Shown here piece after piece: positions 1 through 10,200 of a DNA stretch of 64,000 nt; position 1 is the stretch's first letter, and each line of letters begins with the position of its first letter. Position numbers and translations under genes: made by a program. Source of the stretch: Camelus ferus (taxonomy: Eukaryota). The notes beneath the pieces were generated by a model. It had not been told where the DNA came from. It searched no databases and saw only the letters and a list, made by a program, of their open reading frames with translations. The stretch covers positions 53,198,001 to 53,262,000 of the forward strand of contig NC_045707.1 in assembly GCF_009834535.1 (NCBI RefSeq). The letters run 5' to 3'.

Positions 1-3000
1 CTGGCTGGCAGAGCACGGCTGCAGCCAAGACCGTGGTCAGGTCATCTCTGAGAGTCACCTGCTTCCTCAGGAAGTACTTGGCCAAAGACACCAGGTGAGC
101 TCAGGCCAGGACTGCACCCACCCCAGGGAAAGGTCAAGGCATTCACGCAGGGCTGTCTTCACCCCCAGCGATGCCCCGCACGTCTTTCAGGCTTCGCGGA
201 GTCAGTGTGCCAGCGCCCTCCCCAAGTTCTCTGCAGGCCACGCACATGCGGCCCCACTCAGTCTCCTTCCACCGCGGGCTCCGGTGCAGTTCCCAGAAAC
301 ACACGTGCAGCCGCTCGCCACATCATGAGGAGTCAGTTAACACCGTGAGCCAATGCCAGTGTTTCCCTTGTTACAGCTCAAGGGATGGAAATACCTCTCG
401 GCCACTGGATTCTCCTGTGGTTGTTCTTTAATCTCTGTTTTATTAGCTGTGCACACCTAGCCCCTTGATAGCAGTGGTGGGGGTTGGAGGGGCTGGACTC
501 GGCCTCCATGAGCTGGAGCACCAGCAGTGTGACCATCGGTAGCTGCCTGCCCTTCCTCGGCGTGGGGAGGCGCTTGTAAACGCCAGCTAACTAATCTCCA
601 AACACCCTCAGAGAAGCTGCAGCGGACGAGTGCTCCCAACACACTCTGCCGCGCTCCAGAGCCACCTGCCGGGGCACCTGCTCCCAGGCAGCCAGGCCAG
701 CCCCACCAGCAGTGAGCACCAGCCCCAGAGCTCCCCGAGGTCACCAGCCCCAGAGCGTTCGTCCTGGTTCCCAGTGCCCTGTGCTGGATGCTGGGTGCTG
801 GGGAGGGAGTCCTGGACAGGATTGATGGGACAAAGAATGAGAGACCGAGGCTTCTGCACAGAAGTTCAAACCCCAACACTGAGAGGAGCCCAGGACATTC
901 TGCGGTCCCCCCGCTCTTCCCGGCCCACCCACTGGGCCCCAGGTGTGAGCTCTGCTTGGATGAAGCTCTCCACGCCCGATGGGTGCAGGGCCCTCGGGGT
1001 GGGTTCTGTGCACACACGGGGCCCCCGCGCTCCAGGCCCCTCCTCGGGTGACCGGCCATGTGTCTGGAGGCATCTCTGAGCTGAGGCGTCTGAACAAGCT
1101 GTGGATGAACTGGACAACAGCGAGAAACAGCCTCGGAAACCACTGCATTTAAAGCCTGTCCCCCTAAGGCCCTGTGGGGCTGCTTCTCCTCACTCGGCCG
1201 AATGGGCACCTCAGCCTTGTCCTGGGCCAATGGCAGCGAGGACCGAGACCAGTTGCTTCAGTTAATTTCCCTCAACCGGAGGCGGGTGTTAGCGTGGGGC
1301 CTCTGGTCCCTTTGTCTTTCTGTAAACGTCTCATTTCCTACACTTTGATCTACACTTTCACTTTTCCCTAGTTCTTTTTTTTCTCTGTTCTCGAAGGGTT
1401 GATTAAGCCCAAGACAAGACTCAGTTAAAACAGCGCCTCTAGAATCTTCCTCCAGGTCGTCAGGTACAGATACTCCCCGAGGCTCAGGGCTCCTAAGCTG
1501 TAACGGACGCTCCCTCTCCCCTCCCCGTGTGGGTGGGTAGTGCCCACCATGAACTTCACCCTGTCCTCCCGCGGTCCCAGGCCAGCGGGTGCTTGTCCAC
1601 GGGGGAGGCAACGCCCCAGGGAGGTTAAGAAACCCAGCCTCTAGACAGGCTCCGTTCCCAGGCCTCCCACACGAGCCTTTCTCAACAGGAAAGCCCCGTG
1701 GATGGCTCATTGTTCAGCCAGTGTCCCGGCCACATGCTGACACACAGTGGGAGGGCACAGGGTGAGGACAGAGCGCCTGCCAAACCACAGTGGGGAGAGT
1801 GCCAAGGCAGCCGCGGTCTGCGCCCACAGAGGGACCCACCGCTCAGGGATGAAATCAGCCTTTCCCGGAGCCCAGACGCCTCAGCCTCCTCTCCTCCCCT
1901 GCAGCCAGGCCCTGAGGGCTGCACTCCGGCCCCCGGGTGTCCACCTGGACGCCTGCCCCGTAAAGCACTGGGCCCGCCAGAGCTGGGGGCCGGAGGTAAC
2001 GTAGGGCCTTCGGTTTGGGGCCTGGGGTTGGGACACTCACACCGCAGGGCAGAGCCAACCGAAGACAGCTGCACACGCCCACATTGTGGAGCCTGGATGC
2101 GGCCCCTGCGCTCACAGCGTCCTCCATTCACTCGCCTGGTCCTGGTGCGAGGACCCCACGGGAGGGAGCTGCTTGCTACTCAAGGTTTCAGAGCTGGAGA
2201 CACCCTCCTCGGACACAGGTGGCCATCCCTTCTAGGGGCAGGGCGCGCACGACGTTTACATCGGCAAACGTCCCCGGGTGAACATGCTGGTTCTGAGCAA
2301 GGGGCCTCACTGCCTTTCCAGCACCAGGCTGGCCCCGGCCCGTGGGCGGGCTGCCTCCTGCACCGGCCTGGGCCTGTCCTTTCTGGCTGGAAAGTCCTTG
2401 TGGGTCTAAGCAAGAGGGAAGCAGGCTACCTGGCGTGCATCTTCACTGCCCTTTAGGCCATCGGGATACAGTCACAGTTGCCCTCACAGACCGCAGGGCG
2501 CAGGTTGGGGCTGAACTGTGGGGTTGGAGCCGGCGATGCCCACGGACGAGGCTCTATTCGGCAGTCTGCCCCCGCCCCCACCATGGCAGGAGCCCACCTG
2601 GACCAGCGGCTCCCCCATCATGGATGCGGGGGCAGCTCCCAGGAGGACCCACGCTCCACACCTGTGTCCCCATCCACGTGTTAGATGTCCTGGCCTGACG
2701 TCACAATCATCTCAAATTCCACACATACCTCTCTATCTCCCCCCTCCTCAAATCCCTCTTCCTCTGTATTCCACCGCCCGCGCGTGCGGTGGCCGAGCCC
2801 GCTTCTTCCCCACACCCGTCCCCACAATCCCACCCGCACTCAGGCTACAGCTTCATCACCACCATCTTCCAACAGGCCCCAAACTGCTCCTCTCCTCTGC
2901 TCCCAGCACTCCTGCACCCCCGCTCTCATGACTCCCGAACCCCTGTCCCAGCCCGGCTCTTCCTCACTGCTGGCCAAGACATGCTCTGTCCCCACCAGCC

Positions 3001-3771
3001 CAGATAGCGGCACCGTTTCCCAAGGCCCTCTCCCGCCGGCCCCACCCCTTACCTGTCTGTAGCCCCACCTGCGCCTTCCACGGTGCCACAGGGACCACAG
3101 ACCCTGCACTTTGTCTCCATTGGAGAGCCCTGTCCTCTTCCTGGCCTGACTCCTGCCCATCCCAGCGCCCCCGAGAAGTCTTCCAAGACCCGTTCCCGAC
3201 CCCCCCTCCCCAGTCATGAAGGAGGGTCCTTCCCAGACCCCAACACCTGGCCATACCTGCCGCACTAGGCTGCCATGGATTTTCCACTGCAAAGAGGGGA
3301 ACCACGTCTTCCTCTTTGTCTCACCACTACCCACCTGGTGGGCTCTGAATTCAAAGGTTTATGAAAGTAAATGCAAGAGCTGTTACGCTAGGTTGTGAAT
3401 GTCAGGTCAGATTCTCACACGCGGAGGCTCTCAGAACAAGTCGAGGTTTTGCAAAGAGTGCAAGTTCCTCCCCCATGGTGAGCATGGCCAGCTGTGCGCA
3501 CTTCTCATCAGCGCTGCTATAGTTAATCCTCAAAACTCCGCATTTCTCTCATGAATTATGTATCTGCACTAACAAAAACCAATCAAGGCAAAGTCCTCGG
3601 AGGCACGTGTTTTCAGGGACTGGTTCCAGCCATGTAAGGTTAAGATCCTACAGAACTTCTCTTACTCAAGCAGAGTCAGCGACCCGTGTGTCATCAGGTG
3701 GGAAAGCCTTGATTCTGCTGCTCTGTTCTGCTTGGTGGAGCCCCCATACCAATAACCTCAACAACTAAGTT

Positions 3772-3878
3772 GGGGGCGGTAATTAGGTTTGTTTTTATTT
3801 TTAATGGAGGTACTGGGGATTGAACCCAGGACCTCGTGCATGCTAAGCACACACTCTACCACTGACCTCTACCCTCCC
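3772..3878 (-). mobile_element. tRNA-Ala-derived SINE, camelid Vic-1-like
   Basis: Minus strand reads ggagggtagaggtcagtggtagagtgtgtgcttagcatgcacgaggtcctgggttcaatccccagtacctccattaaaaataaaaacaaacctaattaccgccccc: degenerate A box, B box GGTTCAATCCC, AGC anticodon-like loop and a SINE-type tail. Confidence 0.85.
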
Positions 3879-4448
3879 TCTCTGAACTTTTATTTTTATC
3901 GGACTTTCTAAAAGAATAGTCTAACATCTGCCTGGGCGTAGCTACCTGCCTTATGCATAGTGGGAAATAACGTTCCCTACTTTCTTCACCCATTTGACAA
4001 ACAGGTTTGGCTCGTACTCTGGGTCGCGGATGTGGACGTGGGCTCGCCAAGCAGGTACTTGGACGAGTGGGTCTGCAGTTCATGAGATGGGTCTGAACTG
4101 AAGACAGAAAACCAGAGAGCCTGTGAGTGCGGGACAGTCACCAGTGGAGAGATGGCGGTGGGAGCCCCGGACATGGACACTTCCCAGTGACACATCTGAA
4201 CTCTGGTTACTTTCTCCAAGTTTAAAGTATCTCCTCGTGTTAAAGAGCTTTTCACTTTCAATCTATTTGTAACTTGGAGGGTCTTTCCGTACTTCCTGTT
4301 TCTTACAGACTAATGCCCAGTGTCCTTGTTTGGGTGTTTTCTTCTTCTTTCCTTTCTCATTTCAGTACAGTGATTGAGGGGGATAACATGTGTGCGAGTG
4401 GGCTCCAAAACACAGTGCACTGTTCCAAGTGCTGCCGCCCCCATGGCT

Positions 4449-4640
4449 ACCACCATCACTGCCACCATCACCACCTCCACCTCCATCACCACCTCCACCC
4501 CCCCACCTCCATCACCACCTCCACCCCCCCATCTCCATCACCACCCCCACCCCCCCACCTCCATCACCACCTCCACCCCCCCACCTCCATCACCACATCC
4601 ACCCCCCAACCTCCATCACCTCTACCATTATCACCACCCC
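4449..4640. repeat. C-rich minisatellite, ~26 bp unit ACCTCCATCACCACCTCCACCCCCCC, ~5-6 copies
   Basis: Tandem units are directly visible. They produce the His/Pro/Thr-rich spurious ORFs at 4274-4861. Confidence 0.9.
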
Positions 4641-5164
4641 GTAGCCTTCATCACTGCTTTCACTTTCTATCTGTGGCCCTTACAAACATATGTGGTGTGG
4701 CCACCAGAGGGAGGTGGTTACTGGGTGTCAAGGCTGTACTTCCCTCGTCCCAAGGGGAATCTGCTAACTGTCTTGCCTGTAAGAAGGAAGATTCTATCTT
4801 TCTGTCTCTCACGCTAATTGCACTTTTCACTTCTTTTTTTGGGGAGACTTTTGATATATAACAGGATTGTGGTGGAATTATAGGCACCAAATATGTCTCT
4901 AATATTTCTATGAGCAGCTTTTTACCCTCGGTTTTGTCCAGAATACTAAAAATGGCAAAAGCAATACATTCGTATGGAGTTTTGGTTTTCTTTCCTCCAA
5001 AGCATGAGAGCTACATTGTCTCATTGTAAATAATCAACAGACCTGTTTGATGTAGGGAGTCAGAAGGTATGATTATGACCACGTCCACATGGGAGACACA
5101 GACGCAGGGCCTGAGTGGGTGCCCTGAGTGGGCTGCCCTTCTTGGGGGAGGCAGCCAACATGTG

Positions 5165-5222
5165 CCCCCCCCCACCTCCATCACCACCTCCACCACCTCC
5201 GTCTCCACCTCCATCACCACCT
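5165..5222. repeat. Short second copy of the CCACCTCCATCACCA motif
   Basis: cccccccccacctccatcaccacctccaccacctccgtctccacctccatcaccacc. Confidence 0.8.
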
Positions 5223-5311
5223 GGTGCCCCACTGGTGCTGGGGGAGTCCTCACCAATGGGGCCCACAGGGATTTGGCAGAGAGCGTGGTGGGGGGACAGC
5301 GCCGTGCTCAC

Positions 5312-5493
5312 CCGGGGAGGCAAGGCCCACACTCAGCATCGTTCTCCGCATCCCCTGGAGTCAGCACCGTGGCCCGGAAGAAGCCTTCACAGTCTTTGTG
5401 GCGTCGGCATATCTGGTAGCCTCCTTTGGAGAACTTCTCTGCGGGGCAGGGGACGCAGCCATAGTCCTCATCTTTGGTGCCATAGCCACAGGA
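5312..5493 (-). CDS. EDAR: EDAR exon 4: cysteine-rich domains ([61 protein letters not shown])
   Basis: 182 nt. Acceptor cccttccccgaccag|TCC, donor CGG|gtgagc (phase 2). Near-identical to mammalian EDAR aa 59-119 as recalled. Confidence 0.97.
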
Positions 5494-6027
5494 CTGGTCG
5501 GGGAAGGGACAGGGGACCCCATCAGTACAGCGGCTGCCTTGCCATGACCGAACCCGCCATCCTCGGGGCACCGGGTGGCGCACTGGCTGTTTACAGGGGC
5601 TTCTCTCGGCCTTGGCGGCCTCACCGTCCTGACTGCGCTGCCCACATCCCTGTTCTGAGCCCTTCTGTCCCCGGTGCCCCCAGCCTGACGCTGCCCTCCT
5701 GACCTGTCCTGGGTAAACTCAACCAGCCAAGCCGATGGGCAGCCAGATGGTGCTGCGGCCCTTGGGGCCTGACTCCCTGGTCTCTGCAAGAACGAGGACG
5801 TTTTTCTAGCACTGAAGACATCCGTGGTGGCCGTTCCCGAGGCGGGGGGAGTAGCGGCCCTCAGGAGCAGCATGTCGCAGCCCTGCTCCCCGCCAGCGAC
5901 AGCAGAGTAGGAAGCCGTCCTCTGGGTCTGACAGGCTTGCTCCCTCCCCTGGTCAGCATCGTCTGTGACCCCCACCGCTCAGACCACTTAATCTTCACTC
6001 ACCCCAGGCAGCGTGCAGGGGCCTTAC

Positions 6028-6150
6028 CAAGTAGGGCTCCTCCCCCGGCCCGCACTGGGGGCACGAGTGGCACAGCCCGGTGGTCTGGTTGTAGAACTCG
6101 TTCTCCCCGCAGCTGGAGTACTCCGCTCCCGCCGAGCACGTCAAGGACGC
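6028..6150 (-). CDS. EDAR: EDAR exon 3: end of signal peptide and CRD1 ([41 protein letters not shown])
   Basis: 123 nt, phase 0/0. Acceptor ccttccctgaggcag|GCG, donor TTG|gtaagg. TNFR cysteine spacing and an NQT N-glycosylation sequon. Confidence 0.96.
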
Positions 6151-6728
6151 CTGCCTCAGGGAAGGGGGTCTTTGGCCTCCGAACCCCCGGAAGACCCGCA
6201 CATACCTGGGGCCTGTACCCGCAGGTGGTGGCTGAAGGATCCGGGTGGGGGCCCCTTGGGCCCTGGTGCTCATTTGTCACCAAGTCCCGGGTGCCTTTAG
6301 CTAATGACCTGCTGTCCGAGGCTGCAGCCCAGGCGCCCTATACCCAGGAACTGCCCCCACTCCCTCTGAGTCCCAGCGAGGCCCCTCCCAGCTGCCTAGA
6401 ACAGCAAGCTCTCAGTCACAGGTGTCTCTGCTCCTGGGGGGCCCAGGGGCTTGGCCTCCCCCAGTTTCGTGGCCACGGGCATGGAACTTGCCACACAGAT
6501 GCCAGGCTGGTACCACGACATGGACCACGAAAGGCAGGTGAGGGCAGCTCCGACCAGAGTGTCTAACTGGGGCGGGGAGCTGGTCAGGGCTCTGCCGGGG
6601 CTGTGCTGTTGTCACCACCCCCATGTCACTGCTCTGCTGACGGGGGCCTAGCCTGGAGGACACAGCTGGCCAGAGCTCCCACGGAACCCCCAGGCGAGGG
6701 CGCAGGCGGCAGGCCCATGGCCACTTAC

Positions 6729-6779
6729 CAACAGGACAGGCAGCCAGGCTGTCCGAGTGCAGCCTTTCTCGTGGGCCAT
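6729..6779 (-). CDS. EDAR: EDAR exon 2 coding part: start codon and N-terminal signal peptide (MAHEKGCTRTAWLPVLL); whole exon is 6729-6797 with 18 nt of 5'UTR
   Basis: Acceptor tgtctttcag|GTAAAC at 6797, ATG in context gagaggATGG at 6779, donor TTG|gtaagt at 6729. The 51 coding nt resemble human MAHVGDCTQTPWLPVLV as recalled. Confidence 0.93.
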
Positions 6780-7149
6780 CCTCTCCCACGGGTTTACCTG
6801 AAAGACACACCTCGTCAGTGCCAGGACCCACCGGCCATGGCCCAGGCCCACCTCCATGGCAGACACAGCGGGAATGAATGAGCCCCAAAGGAAAAGGCAG
6901 ATTTCAGCTGAGCCCCAGCCCCTTGGACGCCACCATCTGTGGCCCCTCCCCCAGCATCGTGCCGTCCTGGGAAAAGCCCAAAGACGAAGGCCCAGAGCCC
7001 ACGGAGGGCTGATCACTCACGCCCAGGGGATGGCCACTGTCCTTGTGCTCAGAGAGTCTGAGGAAGCAGGGCTGCTTGGGGGTGCCCTGCCCCTCCCGCC
7101 CATTGTACCCCACTTCCCGCTGCCCCAGCCGCGTCATCCGTCTAACCGC

Positions 7150-7225
7150 AGAGTTTTAGTGCTGAGATGACTGGGGCTCAGAGAGGCCAAGTGCTGCCCA
7201 AGGCCACACGACGGCGGGGCAGGGG
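7150..7225 (-). mobile_element. MIR fragment
   Basis: gactggggctcagagaggccaagtgctgcccaaggccacac resembles the MIR core aactgaggctcagagaggttaagtgacttgcccaaggtcacac. Confidence 0.6.
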
Positions 7226-10200
7226 TGGGGTGGGGGGCCGGGCTCGGGGCCCAGCAGTTCACAAACTCATTGCCACCCAAACGAAGCATCGCGGTTATTT
7301 TTCACTTGTCCTTTTCAGAAGTAGATATCTGTGTTTCCCACTCAGAACCAGTCTGCCTGGGAGCCTGGCTGCACAGAGGGTGGTGGGCTCACCCGGGTGC
7401 CACACGCGGGCCGCAGGCACCTCGCCTGGACCCAGGGTTTGAATTCGTAATCACACAGCACACCCTGTTCTGATGGCTGGGCTGCGTGAGAGCCTTCCAG
7501 AATCAACCGTCTCAGACCGAGGTCAGCTGGCCTTGGGGAGCCCCAGTCCCGTCGTGGTCATGGAAACCCACAGTCCCCAACCCATGTGGGGACAGGGTGG
7601 GAGCCTCAGAGCAGCAGGCCCGACCAGATGGGGCCCCTTCTACTTCGGAGAAAAGCCCTGAACCTCATGCCTGCAACACAGCATCCTCATGGCACTGGGA
7701 GAAAAGCCACCACAGGGTCACTGGTTGTGAGTCAGGAGGTCAAGGTGGAGAAGTCGGGGTCCGGGGCTGCGGGCAGTCCCTCCTCACAGGCCTTCTTTTC
7801 TAACCCCCAGGACCTGCTCAGTGAGAATTTTGGGGAGAAGCACCCAACACAAATGTGCGGCCAGAGGCCAGCAAGGGGCTGACCTCCGGAGCACTGAGTC
7901 CTCTGTCTCTCAGCCCGGGGTGTCCTCCGTCCAGCCTCCCACATGAAGTCCAGGTGGGGCTGTGAGCTTTCGTGCTTGTTTATGGTCACAACAAACGCAA
8001 CCTGGGGACCTCAGCCCAGGGGACACAGCAGGCTCGGCCAAGACCACACACAGCCTGGCTCCCAGTGTGTGATTTCAAAGCTTGCTACACAGAGACCTGT
8101 CTGCAGAGACAGCCACCAGCTTCTCAATGAGAGTTTTTGGCAGGAGTGAGGCAGGGGTGGGTGACTAGACTGAGGCAGGTTGTGGGGAGCCATCCCTTTT
8201 TCCTGAATTAGGGGCAGAAGCGTGAACTCTGTGACCGAAAGAAAGGCAGGAGGGACGGCTGCCGGGAGAGGTTTGGACAGGACGCCCCGGCGACCCCGGG
8301 GAAGATGGGACGCGAGCCCCGAGGCCGAGGTCTTTCCGGATCTCCGCCCTGCTGGCCTGGCTTTCACCCCGGCAACATCAGGCGGCTTCGGGGGAGGGCT
8401 TAGGTTTCCGGAATCTCTTGAAGACACAAGAACTGCCTTTCCCCCACTTTCCCTGCACACAGACCTGCATTCAGAACTCCGTTTTGTTTGAAAACCCCGA
8501 ACAGACCAGGCCAGATGCAAGCGCCAGGCACCGGGCCGTGAACTCCTGGGTGTTTTCCTCCCAGCGAGCGGCAAGCCGGGGCCTGCAGTCCGCCAGGTGG
8601 GGAGGGACGGCACAGACAAAGGCCGGAACCGGGGAGCCAGCCCCCCGCGGGCAGCCGGCCTGAGTCAGGACGGTGGGTTTCCTCGAGTCTCAGACCCGAG
8701 GCTCCCCCGGGAAGCAGCAGCCCTGGAGGCCTTCCAGGGACAATGCCGAGGGTTTCTGACTTAATTGACTCCTAATTATAGCCACGCCTGGGAGTGCCTC
8801 CCTGTAAACACGGGCAGGGCCGGGCGGGGCGCACCTCCCTGACCTCCGGGGCCTTGTGGAAAGGCTCACTGAAGACATTCCCAGGCAAACCCATGGACGC
8901 AGAAACAAGACAGAGTCTGTGGCTTTGGATGCATTTCTGTCATCGACTTCGACTCCCCAGGAGGAGGGGTTTGGAGGAAGGTGAGGGCAGTGCCCGGGCA
9001 GGGCTCCAGCCCCAGGTCTGAGCCCTCGCGGACAGGGCCCTGCACCTGCAGCGCCTGGGAGCTGGCGGGAGGAGTATCTCCCGTCATGACCTCTGGCTGA
9101 TTTCACTTTGGGGATGCCCAACCCCATGCAGGGCCGCGCCCGGCCCCTCCGCTGTCTGAGCTGGTGCTCAAGGCCTGTAACCGCGGCAGTGATCAGGAAA
9201 CAGGGTGGGCGCCCTGAAACACCTGCTCCCGTCGGCCGACAGACAAGGCTGCTGCCCAGCCTAACGATGGTCTAGTTCGGGGTCTGCAAATGGCCCAGTG
9301 AGTCCAGCTGCCACGTGGTCCCCCAAAATGCTCCTGCGGGATCACAGCTGCCTCTTGTCAAGACTTACGGCCACCACGACGCCCAGGACCCTGGGAGCCA
9401 GTCAGCCTGGACCGTCCACCACGGGGCCTCCTCCAGAGCTCCGCCCTCCTGCTGGCTGACCGCTCCTCCTGAGTCCACTCCCCTGTCGCAGCCCCTTCCT
9501 CTGCAACGTCCACCTCAAATGACAACACAGCAGAGACGGAGCCGCTGCTCTGGCCGGGTCCTCGCTGCCCCACGGGTGCCCAGCTGGGTGGGGGAGAGGG
9601 CAGGCTGGACCCTCAGGCCGTTTGGAGAGTCATCCTGCTGGGATTGTTGGTCTCTCCCCAGCGTCCTATGACCTTGGCCAGTGGCCGGGCCGCTGCTGCC
9701 CAAGCAGGAGGGAAAGCGTGGTGACTGGGAGCAAGCTGGATCACATCTGGGGAGAGCACGGTGCCCCTGCTGCCTCGTCTATGAAATGGGGATGAGAAGG
9801 GTGCCCAGCCATGAGGGGGCTGTGGGAGCGGCCCAGTGGTCCCACCTGGCTGGCCCCACCTGGTCCCGCCCCAGCCACTCTGGGGGCACCACGCCGTCTG
9901 ACCTGCAGGGACCTGGGCTGGGAGCCCGGTGGGGCAGCTGTGCGGTCTCATCTGAGTCCTCAAGTGCCTGGAGTGACGGCGGCGCCCTGCCCTGCCTTCC
10001 CGCAGCTGGAACTCCAGAGCCGAGGGAGGAGCCCAAAACAGAGCTTCCCCCGTCCAGGGCTTCCCAACGTGTAAGCTTCACACACCGGCTGTGGAAGTGG
10101 AGAATCAGCCAAAGTTGGAAACATACTTAGGCCCAGCGTATAAAGTGGGGTCTCCAGTCAGGGAACCTCTCTCGCATCCTCAACTCCCAGGCGACCGTGT

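Noticed and set aside
3800..3878. tRNA-Ala gene
   Set aside because: The A box and acceptor stem are degenerate and the sequence runs into a SINE-type tail, so it is a tRNA-derived SINE.
4274..4861. His/Pro/Thr-rich ORFs resembling extensins or mucins
   Set aside because: They are translations of the C-rich minisatellite in several frames.
1..5311. EDAR exon 5 and later exons (YYMLENRPRN..., transmembrane and death domain)
   Set aside because: I found no matching sequence. Intron 4 appears to run past the left edge, so nothing can be said about the death domain or residue 370.
6151..6160. Tandem alternative acceptor at exon 3 (tgAG gcAG)
   Set aside because: The upstream AG is a weak GAG and would shift the frame by 4 nt. 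There is no evidence of use.
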